A DNA stretch of 64,000 bases. It comes from Thermodesulfobacteriota bacterium. Its GTDB lineage: Bacteria > Desulfobacterota_D > UBA1144 > Nemesobacterales > Mycalebacteriaceae. Where the stretch lies: contig OZ245366.1 in the NCBI GenBank assembly GCA_965226585.1, positions 544,001 to 608,000 of the forward strand, read 5' to 3'. This document shows, in pieces, positions 12,001-20,917 of this stretch. Below the pieces are notes generated by a model. It made no database searches. It saw only the letters and a program-made list of their open reading frames with translations, and was not told the origin of the DNA. A program made the position numbers and the translations under genes. The first letter of the stretch is position 1. Each line of letters begins with the position of its first letter.

Positions 12001-12264
12001 GATGTTTGCGTGTGAGAGCCCCTTTATCTGCCGCAAGGCGTGAGTTTTTACCGTATCGGGAAGGTTCGGGTTGAGGCTGTCAATAGCGCGTTTCAGGCGT
12101 TGTTCCAGTATGACTTCCGAAAGGCTTTGGCGTTCTGTTTCCTGTTGTTCAGGGAGAATGTAGGTATAGCCCTGCTTTTCAAGCAGTTTTACTGTGTGTT
12201 CTTCAACATCGGATTCGTAGAGGGATGTCATGTGTTCATTGTTTGGCAAGTCTTGGATTTTCAT
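9046..12264 (-). CDS. hsdR: Type I restriction endonuclease subunit R
   Basis: RPDVLLFVNGLPLAVIELK nuclease motif, HTQGSGKS, DEAHRSQY, MWLTGFDAP, QAIARVNR; 1072 aa. Confidence 0.96.
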   Translation of the reverse strand: MKIQDLPNNEHMTSLYESDVEEHTVKLLEKQGYTYILPEQQETERQSLSEVILEQRLKRAIDSLNPNLPDTVKTHALRQIKGLSHANIIESNETFYKWLVEGVKDEYQKDGDTVGASVCLIDFENIQNNDFAVCNQFSVKENNITKRPDVLLFVNGLPLAVIELKNPADENATVQKAFEQLQTYKKAIPGLFRYNGVLVASDGLEAKAGSITSGESRFMAWKTVDGKKENSATTPQIETLIKGMLRPDVLLDLIRHFTVFEKTKKEDSETQAITIEKEKKIAAYHQYHAVKRAVNSTIRASGEKMDEADEAPGEYGLPDIREQKQGDCRAGVVWHTQGSGKSLSMLFYAGLLVINPKMANPTVVVITDRNDLDGQLFESFAAGQSLLRQDPVQADSRRSLKELLKVKGGGVVFSTIQKFSPEDGGETFELLSERKNIVVIADEAHRSQYGFGAKTHFVKDGVKTNYGFAKYLRDALPNASFVGFTGTPIEREDISTPAVFGNYIDVYDIEQAVEDGATVPIYYESRLVEVHLKEEEKEELDTEIESIVENRESTDADKAKAKWTRQEAIIGHKDRRKTVVEDILKHFDARREACEGKAMIVATSRKIAVAMYDEIISRRPEWHHDDKNKGAVKVIMTSAASDPHEWRNHATTKDERKRMRKRFVDPSDPLQIVIVRDMWLTGFDAPCLDTIYIDKIMSGHNLMQAIARVNRVYKDKEGGLVVDYIGIASDLKLALSSYTKSGGKGKPAFEQKDAVKVMLEKYEVVKAMFDRFDYGEYFTAETGRKLELILESEEYILSLENGEERFSGEVNSLSKAFAMSIPDRRAIEIKAEVGFFQAVKARLAKFSRTGSGKSDSEIETAIRQIVDRAVVVDGVIDIFDAAGIKKPDISILSDSFLEEIKGMKHKNLALELLKRILGDEIKQRTKQNLAQSRKFSEMLETAIRRYKNNLLTAAEILDKLISMAREIRASDEKAGEMGLSNDEVAFYDALVMNESAKEVMKDENLRELARMLVNKVKQNTSIDWTIKESVRSKLRTIVKRLLRKYGYPPDEELIATERILEQAELLADEWAE

Positions 12265-13298
12265 TTGCGACTCGCTAGGTGTTGTGTTATTTCAAAGAAC
12301 AGGCTTTGTACTTCGGTGGGCATTGATCTAAGAATTGCTTCTGTGCAAATAGAAGAGTAGAACTGCTTTACATCGTTATCTCTCAAAATCAGTGATATTT
12401 GACTATTTTTTGAGGCACCCACAATCAGATTTTTAATTTGTTTGATTGAAAAGAAATCAACAAAATCTTGAAGAGTTTCTATAATCTCATGGGTTGTAAT
12501 AAATTCATCAGAGTTTATTAGGTTTTCAATTTCTGATGTCCAATCAACAGTTGTGTTCATTAATAATTCTCTGCTTGTATAGTCAATAATTGTATGCAAT
12601 GCTCCTTCTGGGGTTTCTATGCGGAGAACCCAATTGTTGTCAGTATTGAAGTAAGCATCTGTCACATCTTTCTCGGTGATGTCTATTTTTAATTGTAAAG
12701 ACAATGAATCAAGAAAATAATCCGTAAGTAGAAATTCTTTAATGAGTTTCTTGAATTCGTTGAAGTCTTTGATGGTTCTTATGTGTCTGTTCTCGGCAAA
12801 AGATTTTGACAGGAGAGGATCATCCGTTAAAAAGAATATTTGTTTGTCTTTGTTTTTTTCGATATATTCTAAGGTGGTAAAGTAAATGTAAGCATCTTTA
12901 AATCCCTTGTCTGAAGTCTCATCAAATGGTGGTTTGTTGTTTAATGCCAATTTCTTGATCTCAGTTAAAGTCTTGTGGTTTGCGTCTTCCAGTTCAATTT
13001 CAATATAAGGAATGTTCTCTTCACTCTCTAATTCAGAAACTATATTGTCAATATCAATATTCTCTACTTTCCTTCTTCTCGTTCCTGTCAGAGAGAGAAA
13101 TATATTAGAAAGGAAACTTTTTTGTTCTTTTTGCAAACTCTCTATTTTTTGTTTTTTGATTTCGTCAATAACCATACTTGGAATAATTATATCTGCGAAC
13201 TCTGCAATTTTCTCTAATTCTTCTCGATAACCTAAAAAAGACCCGCCCCCCGTATTACGAGCCTTGCTTGTATCAACAACTACTTTGTATTTATTCAT
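12261..13298 (-). CDS. PIN-like domain protein (DUF4935-like), putative RNase
   Basis: VVVDTS, IIIPSMVIDEI, PPF...DKGFKDAYIY, FFLTDD acidic PIN pattern; AT-rich; abuts hsdS and overlaps hsdR (ATGA). Confidence 0.75.
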   Translation of the reverse strand: MNKYKVVVDTSKARNTGGGSFLGYREELEKIAEFADIIIPSMVIDEIKKQKIESLQKEQKSFLSNIFLSLTGTRRRKVENIDIDNIVSELESEENIPYIEIELEDANHKTLTEIKKLALNNKPPFDETSDKGFKDAYIYFTTLEYIEKNKDKQIFFLTDDPLLSKSFAENRHIRTIKDFNEFKKLIKEFLLTDYFLDSLSLQLKIDITEKDVTDAYFNTDNNWVLRIETPEGALHTIIDYTSRELLMNTTVDWTSEIENLINSDEFITTHEIIETLQDFVDFFSIKQIKNLIVGASKNSQISLILRDNDVKQFYSSICTEAILRSMPTEVQSLFFEITQHLASRK

Positions 13299-14750
13299 TT
13301 AATGATTTACCTTCGCTTTCCCACACATCAATTTTGACAAAAGCACATCACGCAAACTCTCAAGAGTGCGAACTTGGTCTATGTTTGATTTTTTCTTCGT
13401 GAAATATTGTTCTGCCACACTATCAAAATTAAGAATTGTTTTCGTGTTTGGAAACTTCAAGGTGAGTCCTGATACAAGTTGTTTGTCAACATGAGGTATT
13501 GCAGAACCAGTTGTATTTTCTTTTATGTATTGTTCTCGGTTTTTGAGGAAAGAAAATATAAAGAAGGGATAGTTGAAACTCTCTAATGGTTTGTATAATC
13601 CTATGGTGGAACCGACAATGCCACGAAAGCCGATTTCCGTTCTTCCTGAACTTGCGCCATCCATAACCATTAAAACATCTTTGCTCTCAGCAACTACTCC
13701 TCCATCTTTTTCTGAATACAGAACTTTTCCTGTGTCAAATGTTTCTATGAGTATTTGAGGTTCAGAACCCTCAAAATAGGCATCCTCTGCCCTTGTAGGT
13801 TTGCGCCCTTTGGTAAATTCTACTAATTTACCGAGTTTTCTTTCCTCCCAATCCTCATCCGCATCTTCCACAAACCATTTGCGGAATAATGCTTGAGCTG
13901 TATCTTCCAAAGTTTTGTTTTGGCGATGAAGCAGTTCTATTTTGTCGTCCAGAGAGGATAGGATTTCGGCAATGGCTTTTTGTTGGGGGAGTGGTGGGAG
14001 TAGTATTTGAAAACCGCTAATCTGTTTAGCGTTTACCCCCGGCTGAGCTGACCCACCTTTTACCTGATCTATAAAAAGTCTCCAATTAGATGATTGCAAA
14101 ATATGCCCAATATAAAAAGGGTCTGCTATTTCTTTGTTAATTTTATATCTGATTAAGTACGAAGCAAAAACACATTCAACACTGTCTCTGATGATTTTAT
14201 TGTACCCTGTCGTAGCACCTGTTCTTGCGATAACAATATCTCCTTTTGCAAGGGAATATTTTATTTTGTCTTTGTTTCCAATTTTACAATAAGGAACGTT
14301 GTCCCAATTTATCAATTTCGGAACAACATCTGTAATTCTTAAGAATTTGGGACCAATTGATTCATTGCTAGCACTTGCGGTATATCCATAAGAAACATCT
14401 AAGCATATCTCCCCCAACTTTACTTCCCGCCACCCTTCCGGTATGGAACTTTGCTGAACAACAACATATTTCTTTTTGATGTTTTCCTTAAATGAATCGG
14501 GGATACTTTCCCAATCCATTACATCAACCGAAACCAGAAGGGAACTTTCAACAAAGGATTCTTTCAGGTTAGATACCTCACCTGAATTAGAGTCAAAAAC
14601 AGCCAAGTCCAAATCGGATGTTTCCGATGCTTTCCATGTTACACGCGAGCCATAAGCCCAAACAGTTTTGTTGGGGATATGACGTTTGATAATTGTTTTC
14701 AGCAATTTTAGTTGCTTCGGTTCCAAATCTATGAGTTGTTTTTCATTCAT
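13299..14750 (-). CDS. hsdS: Fusion: minimal nucleotidyltransferase (MNT/MntA-like) + type I R-M specificity subunit
   Basis: First ~100 aa have AYGSRVTWKASETSDLDLAV (GS-x10-DxD); then IPEGWREVKLGE, two TRDs, PPLPQQKAIAEIL conserved region and LRDVLLSKL. Confidence 0.9.
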   Translation of the reverse strand: MNEKQLIDLEPKQLKLLKTIIKRHIPNKTVWAYGSRVTWKASETSDLDLAVFDSNSGEVSNLKESFVESSLLVSVDVMDWESIPDSFKENIKKKYVVVQQSSIPEGWREVKLGEICLDVSYGYTASASNESIGPKFLRITDVVPKLINWDNVPYCKIGNKDKIKYSLAKGDIVIARTGATTGYNKIIRDSVECVFASYLIRYKINKEIADPFYIGHILQSSNWRLFIDQVKGGSAQPGVNAKQISGFQILLPPLPQQKAIAEILSSLDDKIELLHRQNKTLEDTAQALFRKWFVEDADEDWEERKLGKLVEFTKGRKPTRAEDAYFEGSEPQILIETFDTGKVLYSEKDGGVVAESKDVLMVMDGASSGRTEIGFRGIVGSTIGLYKPLESFNYPFFIFSFLKNREQYIKENTTGSAIPHVDKQLVSGLTLKFPNTKTILNFDSVAEQYFTKKKSNIDQVRTLESLRDVLLSKLMCGKAKVNH

Positions 14751-15171
14751 TTTCCGCAGTTAGTTTCTCAAATATCTCTGTAGCATCTTCAATGAAGTCA
14801 CTAACTTGAGACAACACCCCTTTTGCTTTTTCTTCGCTGTAATCGTGAGTGCTATCTATTCTGGTTTGATTGTAACCCTTTTCTTTATCAACCCATATTT
14901 CCAAATCTTCAATTAAAAGGTTTTTATGCGCTTCTCTGAAAATGCCAACAGGAGAATTAGGCATTTTAGTAAGCCCTTGGTCTTCCAAGTGTTTTTTTAC
15001 CGATTTCCACAGAGTGTCATAGCAAATATCAAACCGCTTGATTAGCGACTCTTTTACCGCTTCCTTGTTAATTTCAGAAAGGTTCTGACTGTCCAGTTCC
15101 AAGTAATTTGCGTATTGCTCTTTCAATCTCTCAAGGGATTTTTCCAGTTTTTCATAATTAGTCTTGCTCAT
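14743..15171 (-). CDS. HEPN / nucleotidyltransferase substrate-binding protein (HI0074/HepT-like)
   Basis: 142 aa helical protein; SLIKRFDICYDTLWK and RIDSTHDY (Rx4HxY). Confidence 0.85.
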   Translation of the reverse strand: MSKTNYEKLEKSLERLKEQYANYLELDSQNLSEINKEAVKESLIKRFDICYDTLWKSVKKHLEDQGLTKMPNSPVGIFREAHKNLLIEDLEIWVDKEKGYNQTRIDSTHDYSEEKAKGVLSQVSDFIEDATEIFEKLTAENE

Positions 15172-15172
15172 T

Positions 15173-16714
15173 TTATTTCTCCACTTTGATTTTTTTCAAA
15201 TTCGCCAGAATACGCTTATTCATCTCCGCCTCTTCCTTCACCTGCCCTTCAAACTCAGCTTTAAGTTCCGCAAAGCGTTCTCCAAAATCAAAATCATCTT
15301 CCACTTCCTCAAGCCCAACATAACGCCCCGGACTGAGAATATATTCCAACTCCGCCACCCTTTCTGTTTTAACCGAAGCGCAGAATCCGGGAACATCTTC
15401 ATAATCTCCGCTCTTTTTCCGCCATTCATGATAAACACCGGCAACCTTCGCTATGTCTTCATCGGCAAATTCCTTGTTTTTACGGCTGACGAGATGCCCC
15501 AGTTTGTCTGCGTCAATAAAAAGTATTTCATCCTCCCGTTTGCGGTCGCCGTTGTAGCCGTGCCGTTTGTTGGAAATGAACCATAAACAAGCGGGAATCT
15601 GCGTGTTGAGAAACAGTTTTCCCGGCAAATTGACTATGCAATCAACAAGTCCGGCATCAACAATACTCTTGCGGATAACATCCTCATTAGACGATTTGGA
15701 AGTTAGCGACCCTTTGGACAAAACAAAACCGGCAACGCCAGTTGGTGAAAGATGGTGGATGAAGTGCTGAACCCACGCAAAGTTGGCATTGCCCGGTGGC
15801 GGCGCGCCGTGTTCCCAGCGTCCGTCTTTCCGTAAAATATCGCCGCTCCAGTCGCTGTCGTTAAAAGGCGGATTGGCGAGAATAAAATCCGCCTTCAAAT
15901 CCTTGTGTTCATCACTCAGAAAAGAACCTTCAGTGTTCCATTTCACCTGACTGCCGTCTATCCCGCGAATGGCAAGATTCATGCGGGCAAGGTGATATGT
16001 GGTCTCGTTGCTCTCCTGCCCGTAGATGGAAATGTCGTTTATCTTTCCCTGATGTTCCTTAATGAACTTTTCACTCATCACAAACATACCGCCGCTTCCA
16101 CAGCACGGGTCAAAAACCCTGCCCTTATACGGCTCTATCATCTCAACAAGCAGTTTTACAATGGAAGCGGGCGTGTAGAACTGTCCGCCTTTCTGCCCCT
16201 CCGCGAGAGCAAATTGACCGAGAAAATACTCATAAACCTTGCCGAGAATGTCTTTTGCCTTCTCCGCTTCGCCTTTCAAGTCAATCTCATTGGTGATGAG
16301 GTCTATCAACCCCCCGAGCGATGTGGGAGACAAATTGGGCTTTGCGAATACTTTTGGCAAAATCCCCTTCAACTCAGGGTTGTCCCTCTCTATGACTCCC
16401 ATCGCCTCATCTACGATTTGCCCGATGGTTGGCTGTTTTGCCTGAGATTGAATGTTTGACCACCTCGCGTTCACCGGAACCCAGAAGATGTTTTCCGCTC
16501 TGTATTCATCCGGGTCTTCAGGGTTCGCGTGCTTGTAATCGCCTTTGCCTTCGGTGATTTTGGCGTGAAGCGTCTCAAAGGAATCGGATATGTATTTGAG
16601 AAATACCAAGCCAAGCACAATGTGCTTGTATCCCGCCGCATTAATGTTCTTGCGCAGTTTGTCCGCCGCAGCAAAAAGCGAACTCTCAAAACTTGGAAGT
16701 TTTGTTTCAGACAT
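15173..16714 (-). CDS. hsdM: Type I R-M N6-adenine methyltransferase subunit M
   Basis: [39 protein letters not shown] at 16714 preferred over the ORF-track start. Confidence 0.96.
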   Translation of the reverse strand: MSETKLPSFESSLFAAADKLRKNINAAGYKHIVLGLVFLKYISDSFETLHAKITEGKGDYKHANPEDPDEYRAENIFWVPVNARWSNIQSQAKQPTIGQIVDEAMGVIERDNPELKGILPKVFAKPNLSPTSLGGLIDLITNEIDLKGEAEKAKDILGKVYEYFLGQFALAEGQKGGQFYTPASIVKLLVEMIEPYKGRVFDPCCGSGGMFVMSEKFIKEHQGKINDISIYGQESNETTYHLARMNLAIRGIDGSQVKWNTEGSFLSDEHKDLKADFILANPPFNDSDWSGDILRKDGRWEHGAPPPGNANFAWVQHFIHHLSPTGVAGFVLSKGSLTSKSSNEDVIRKSIVDAGLVDCIVNLPGKLFLNTQIPACLWFISNKRHGYNGDRKREDEILFIDADKLGHLVSRKNKEFADEDIAKVAGVYHEWRKKSGDYEDVPGFCASVKTERVAELEYILSPGRYVGLEEVEDDFDFGERFAELKAEFEGQVKEEAEMNKRILANLKKIKVEK

Positions 16715-16721
16715 GGCTTTC

Positions 16722-16750
16722 ATTCTACACAAGGCGCGGTTTCACTCCAA
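16722..16750 (-). promoter_or_regulatory. Putative sigma70 promoter for the hsdM operon (probably leaderless transcript)
   Basis: Minus strand TTGGAG-17 nt-TAGAAT; the -10 ends 7 nt before the hsdM ATG and no SD is present. Confidence 0.55.
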
Positions 16751-16756
16751 AGCCCA

Positions 16757-16840
16757 AATTCACGCCAAAACCACAAAACCGCGTGAATTACCCCCACAAA
16801 ACACCCCCAATTCACGCCAAAACCGCAAAAACCCGTGAAT
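16757..16840. repeat. Two tandem imperfect palindromic units (period ~52 bp)
   Basis: aattcacgc-caaaaccacaaaacc-gcgtgaatt (16757-16789) and attcacg-ccaaaaccgcaaaaacc-cgtgaat (16810-16840). Confidence 0.8.
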
Positions 16841-16846
16841 GCCCTC

Positions 16847-18136
16847 TCACCCCTTTCCCCACTTATAAACCCCTTCCATAACAAAACACCCCGCAACCAC
16901 ACCCGCCGCCACAATCACACCGCCCGGCTCTGTGCCGTATTGCTGAACCACAAGAGCAAAAAGGGCGACCAGACACAAAACCACTCCAAGCAAAGAGATT
17001 CCCCTGTTCCCGCCCGTAAATCCCGACAACCGGAATCCCGCGTAATTTACGGCGGCAAAAATTAATAAAAAACCTATGCTCCCCGCTGTGGATATGCTCT
17101 CCAGTTTCAAAGTGTTTGCCGCAATAACAGTCGCAACCGCCGTTATCATCAATCCAACCGGCTGATTCCAAAATAAAGCCGTCAACTGATGAGGCAATTC
17201 ATCATCCTCCGCTATCTCATAACTCACCCGGCTTCCGCCGTATAAAGAAGCGTTAATCGCGGAAAAAGTGGAAATTAACGCCGCAATCGTGATAACAACA
17301 AAACCCGCCCGCCCCAAAACCGGCTTGGCGGCTTCGGCAAGCACATAGTCCTGCGCCGAAGCAATATCCGCAAATGGCAAAGAACCAACCGTTACGGCGG
17401 CAATCACCACATAAAGACAAATGACAAAAATAACCGAAAAATAATAAGCGCGCGGAACATTTATTTCCGGCTTCCTGATGTCCGGCGCGGCGTTGGCTAT
17501 AAGTTCAAAACCCTCATACGCAACAAAAATAACCATCCCGCCCGTAAGCAGGTGGACGGGGCTTTCCCAACTCTCAGGCAAAAGCTGAGACAGATTGGGG
17601 TTGCCGTATAAACCGGCGATGCTGATGAAAACAAAAGACAGCAAAATCACAAGTTTGATGATTACCGCCCCGGACTCTATTTTGCCCACAACGGCGATGC
17701 TGTAATAGTTGATGGCGGTGGCAATAACGATGATGGCGGTGGCGTAGATGTGGAAATCCGCTGTGCTGTCTCCCGTAACGGCGAGAAGATTGGGCGCGTA
17801 AAATCCAAACGCCGATGTGTAGAGAGCAAGCATGATGATGTAACTCACCCACAACAAGTTGTTGATGCCGCCGCTGAAAACAGACTTGCCAAAACCCTGA
17901 TTGATGAACTTCACCGTGCCGCCCCTGTCCGGATAAGTCAGCGACAGGCGGACGTAGCTGTATGAGGTGATAAGGGCGATGATGCCCGCAATGAGAAAGG
18001 CAACCGGCGTTCCGCCCTGCGCCAGAGAAACGGCAAGCCCCAAAACGGCGAAGATGCCGCCGCCCACCATACCGCCGATACCAATGGAGATCGCCTCCTT
18101 CAACCCGATTCGCGCTTCTTTCGCCCCGTTTGCCAT
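16847..18136 (-). CDS. APC-family amino acid permease
   Basis: GIGGMVGGGIF TM1 motif, FVAYEGFE, about 12 hydrophobic segments. Confidence 0.92.
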   Translation of the reverse strand: MANGAKEARIGLKEAISIGIGGMVGGGIFAVLGLAVSLAQGGTPVAFLIAGIIALITSYSYVRLSLTYPDRGGTVKFINQGFGKSVFSGGINNLLWVSYIIMLALYTSAFGFYAPNLLAVTGDSTADFHIYATAIIVIATAINYYSIAVVGKIESGAVIIKLVILLSFVFISIAGLYGNPNLSQLLPESWESPVHLLTGGMVIFVAYEGFELIANAAPDIRKPEINVPRAYYFSVIFVICLYVVIAAVTVGSLPFADIASAQDYVLAEAAKPVLGRAGFVVITIAALISTFSAINASLYGGSRVSYEIAEDDELPHQLTALFWNQPVGLMITAVATVIAANTLKLESISTAGSIGFLLIFAAVNYAGFRLSGFTGGNRGISLLGVVLCLVALFALVVQQYGTEPGGVIVAAGVVAGCFVMEGVYKWGKG

Positions 18137-18178
18137 AAAATTGCCATACCCGCCGCCATAGCCGCAAGATACGGCTCC

Positions 18179-18207
18179 ATTCTACACAAACCGCCGCTTT
18201 ACCTCAA
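18179..18207 (-). promoter_or_regulatory. Putative sigma70 promoter for the APC permease; resembles the hsdM promoter
   Basis: Minus strand TTGAGG-17 nt-TAGAAT with the same flanks (ggcttt...ttgtgtagaatg). Confidence 0.55.
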
Positions 18208-18386
18208 AGCCCCGAAACCGCGCAAAAGGGCGAATTCACGGCATAAAACGGGCGTTTTTACCCCACAAAACGGCAAAGGCGGCGCGGGAGGGCTGTTTGC
18301 AAATATCGCGGGGGCAATCCGTTTGTCTTTACAAGCAAAGGGCTTATGTGATACAATCGCGGAAGTTTCTTTTTGGGAGGAGAACA

Positions 18387-19730
18387 ATGTTTTCTGGCAT
18401 AACCGCGCGCCGGTTTGCGCGCAAGGTACTCACGGGAACGGCTTTCATTCTGTGTTTAATCACCGGAAGTGCTTTGCTGAACACCGCCGCTAAAGCGGAA
18501 TTACTCATGCTTTCCGGAGGTCCCCACGCGGGTCCGTATCTGGGAGTCGGCATTGGCACGGGCTCTCTTACGGGAAGGCAGTTCAATGCCACCGCCACTG
18601 AAGATGTTCAAGGGTTCGGCGCGTCTGATTTTCAGGTGGTTCCCGTTGCCGGCTGGAAAGTATCTTTTATAGATATGTTCGTTTTCGGTCTTGAAACACA
18701 CATCTCCCTCGCAACCATTCTCAGCCAGAGGACAGACGCAGACACAAGTTCCATTAATATGAAACGCCCGTTTGAATACGGCGTAACCGGTCTTGCCGGC
18801 TACCTTGTCAACAATGACGGTTTGCTGTTCGGTCAGGGCGGCTACTCAAGGGCGAGAACGATTATTCTTGACGGTCCCAAAACAGACATCAACGGATGGA
18901 TTTACGGCGCGGGCGCGGAAACCATCGTGGGCGACAGCCTCTCGTTCAGAATAAACTGGAAGCACACGCTTTTTGAAGACCCCACAACCACTGCCACAAA
19001 TGACGAGTTTGAAGTTGCGCAGGATCAGTTCCTGTTCAGTCTTATCTACAGATTTGGCGGAAATGAATCAACGGGAACCCGCGCCGGTTCAAATGAACTC
19101 AAACACGGATTTCAAATCAGCGCGAGCCCCGGACGCTCTGCGGGCGTGATGGCGGAGAGTCTTGAGGGAGCCGGATCCGGGCAGAACGACCTTCAGTCAG
19201 ACGGTTATCTCGCAAGTTTTGCCATCTCCTACGACTTTACACTGCCGAACGACAGGTTTGTGCTTGGAATCGGCGGCTCATACAGCATCGCCGATATTGA
19301 GTATGAGAATATTACCAACACCCTTAACGCGAAGGTTGAACAGGAAAATGATTTGCAGTTTTTCGGACGTTTCGGGTTTAAGCCCACGCCCTCGTCAATG
19401 ATTTACAGCGATATCGGCTGGACAAGGGGAGATATTGAGGTTTCCAGAGGAGGCACAGCAGGCGGAATTCAGTCGCCCGGAACTGCCGGAGCAACATCGG
19501 TTGAATTGGAAGCCAAAGGGCTGATGCTGGGTCTTGGAATGAGACTTGCCACCGACATTGACGGAATGTTTGTTGATGTCAACTGGCAGTACGTCAGATA
19601 CGAAACCGATGGTGTGGAGTTTGGCAGCAGCGCGCCTTTCACCACCGCAACACAGGATATTTCAAGCAACCGTTTCACTATCGGGGTTGGCTACAGTCTT
19701 TCAGGCATTCTTTCCAAAGCCTTCTATTAA
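18387..19730 (+). CDS. Outer membrane protein with two tandem small beta-barrel (Omp25/OmpW-like) domains
   Basis: SD GGAGGAG before ATG 18387; signal peptide ending AKA; two repeats of amphipathic strands (GWIYGAGAE...LIYRF; GLMLGLGMR...VGYSL). Confidence 0.7.
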   Translation: MFSGITARRFARKVLTGTAFILCLITGSALLNTAAKAELLMLSGGPHAGPYLGVGIGTGSLTGRQFNATATEDVQGFGASDFQVVPVAGWKVSFIDMFVFGLETHISLATILSQRTDADTSSINMKRPFEYGVTGLAGYLVNNDGLLFGQGGYSRARTIILDGPKTDINGWIYGAGAETIVGDSLSFRINWKHTLFEDPTTTATNDEFEVAQDQFLFSLIYRFGGNESTGTRAGSNELKHGFQISASPGRSAGVMAESLEGAGSGQNDLQSDGYLASFAISYDFTLPNDRFVLGIGGSYSIADIEYENITNTLNAKVEQENDLQFFGRFGFKPTPSSMIYSDIGWTRGDIEVSRGGTAGGIQSPGTAGATSVELEAKGLMLGLGMRLATDIDGMFVDVNWQYVRYETDGVEFGSSAPFTTATQDISSNRFTIGVGYSLSGILSKAFY

Positions 19731-19733
19731 GGT

Positions 19734-20915
19734 TCACACAACCGAGGCGCGGCTTGCTTCAAGCGCGCCGAAATACGGGTTTTCCGCGCCGCTTTCTATA
19801 AATATCAAATCCGCGTCTTTGCCGGTTTCTATGCTTCCGGCTCTGTCTTCAATAAATAACGCCTTCGCCCCGCCAAGCGTTGCCGTATAAACCGCTTTTT
19901 TCGCCGCTTTTTCCGCCCCCAGAGGAAGCAGAAGTTCGTAGAGGGCTCTTATCTCGTCAAAAAAATTAAGCGTTTTGTTGCTTGAAAGCCCGTCCGTGCC
20001 AAGACCAACCCTTTCAAGTTTCATATATTCCCGCGCGGGCGCGTCTCCGGTGTTCAAAAACCGGTTGCTTCTCGGACACAAAACAATTCCAAGACCCCTT
20101 TTGCGGATTTTTTCAATCTCATTTTTTTCAATGTGCGCCATGTGAATCGCGGTTATTTTTGCCGCCGGATTATCCATTTTGCTGAAATACATAAAAGGCG
20201 TTTGCGCGGTGTGGCGGCGCATCGGCGATTTTCCCATAACGGGATATATGCTTTCCTCAATCCCGTTTTTCTCTCCCCTTACAAAAGCGGTTTCCTCAGG
20301 GCTTTCCGCCAAGTGAATTCCCGCCGGCAATCCTTTTTCCACCGATATTTTGAACATCTTTTTTATAAGTTCCGGACTGCACGAATACGGGGCGTGAGGA
20401 AAAAACCTTTCTTCAAATCTGTCCGTTTTTTCCGGTAATGGTTCCGGCGCGGGTTTGCTGTCTGTAACTTCACGGAAAAGAACGGTTCTGAGCGGGCTGT
20501 TTTTCAATATCTCAGAGTCATTCCCGTATGACGATATTTCACCAACGGTTGTTACGCCGCTTTTTATCAGGGTTTCAATTCCGTCTTTTACCGATTTTTC
20601 TATTTCGCGGGTTTTCACACCGGCGGATTTTTTGCCGATTATGTAACTAAGCCAACTGACGAAGCCCGAAAACTCTTTCGCGGGTTTCAGCCATCCCAGT
20701 TCAAGATGAGTGTGGCAGTTTATAAATCCGGGAAGTAAAATTCCCGCTCCGAGGTCGCAAACCGTGAAACCGGGAAAATGGCTTTTAATTTCATCCGCCT
20801 TTCCGCACAGTTTTATTTTGCCGTCTTCAACCGCCACCGCGCCATTTTTAACCGGCTCCGATGAAACCGGAAGAACATTTGAGCAGACAATAACCCTTCC
20901 GTTCGTATCGTTCAT
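19734..20915 (-). CDS. Amidohydrolase-superfamily protein, possibly aminofutalosine deaminase
   Basis: PGFINCHTHLEL, PHAPYS, IHLAES, CPRSN, LGTDGLSSN, GKDAD; mqnA and mqnD lie in the same window. Confidence 0.8.
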   Translation of the reverse strand: MNDTNGRVIVCSNVLPVSSEPVKNGAVAVEDGKIKLCGKADEIKSHFPGFTVCDLGAGILLPGFINCHTHLELGWLKPAKEFSGFVSWLSYIIGKKSAGVKTREIEKSVKDGIETLIKSGVTTVGEISSYGNDSEILKNSPLRTVLFREVTDSKPAPEPLPEKTDRFEERFFPHAPYSCSPELIKKMFKISVEKGLPAGIHLAESPEETAFVRGEKNGIEESIYPVMGKSPMRRHTAQTPFMYFSKMDNPAAKITAIHMAHIEKNEIEKIRKRGLGIVLCPRSNRFLNTGDAPAREYMKLERVGLGTDGLSSNKTLNFFDEIRALYELLLPLGAEKAAKKAVYTATLGGAKALFIEDRAGSIETGKDADLIFIESGAENPYFGALEASRASVV

Positions 20916-20917
20916 TT

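Noticed and set aside
16757..16840. Possible mini-CRISPR array or integron attC sites
   Set aside because: Only two imperfect units with a ~20-nt gap, no cas or intI gene, and no RYYYAAC/GTTRRRY ends.
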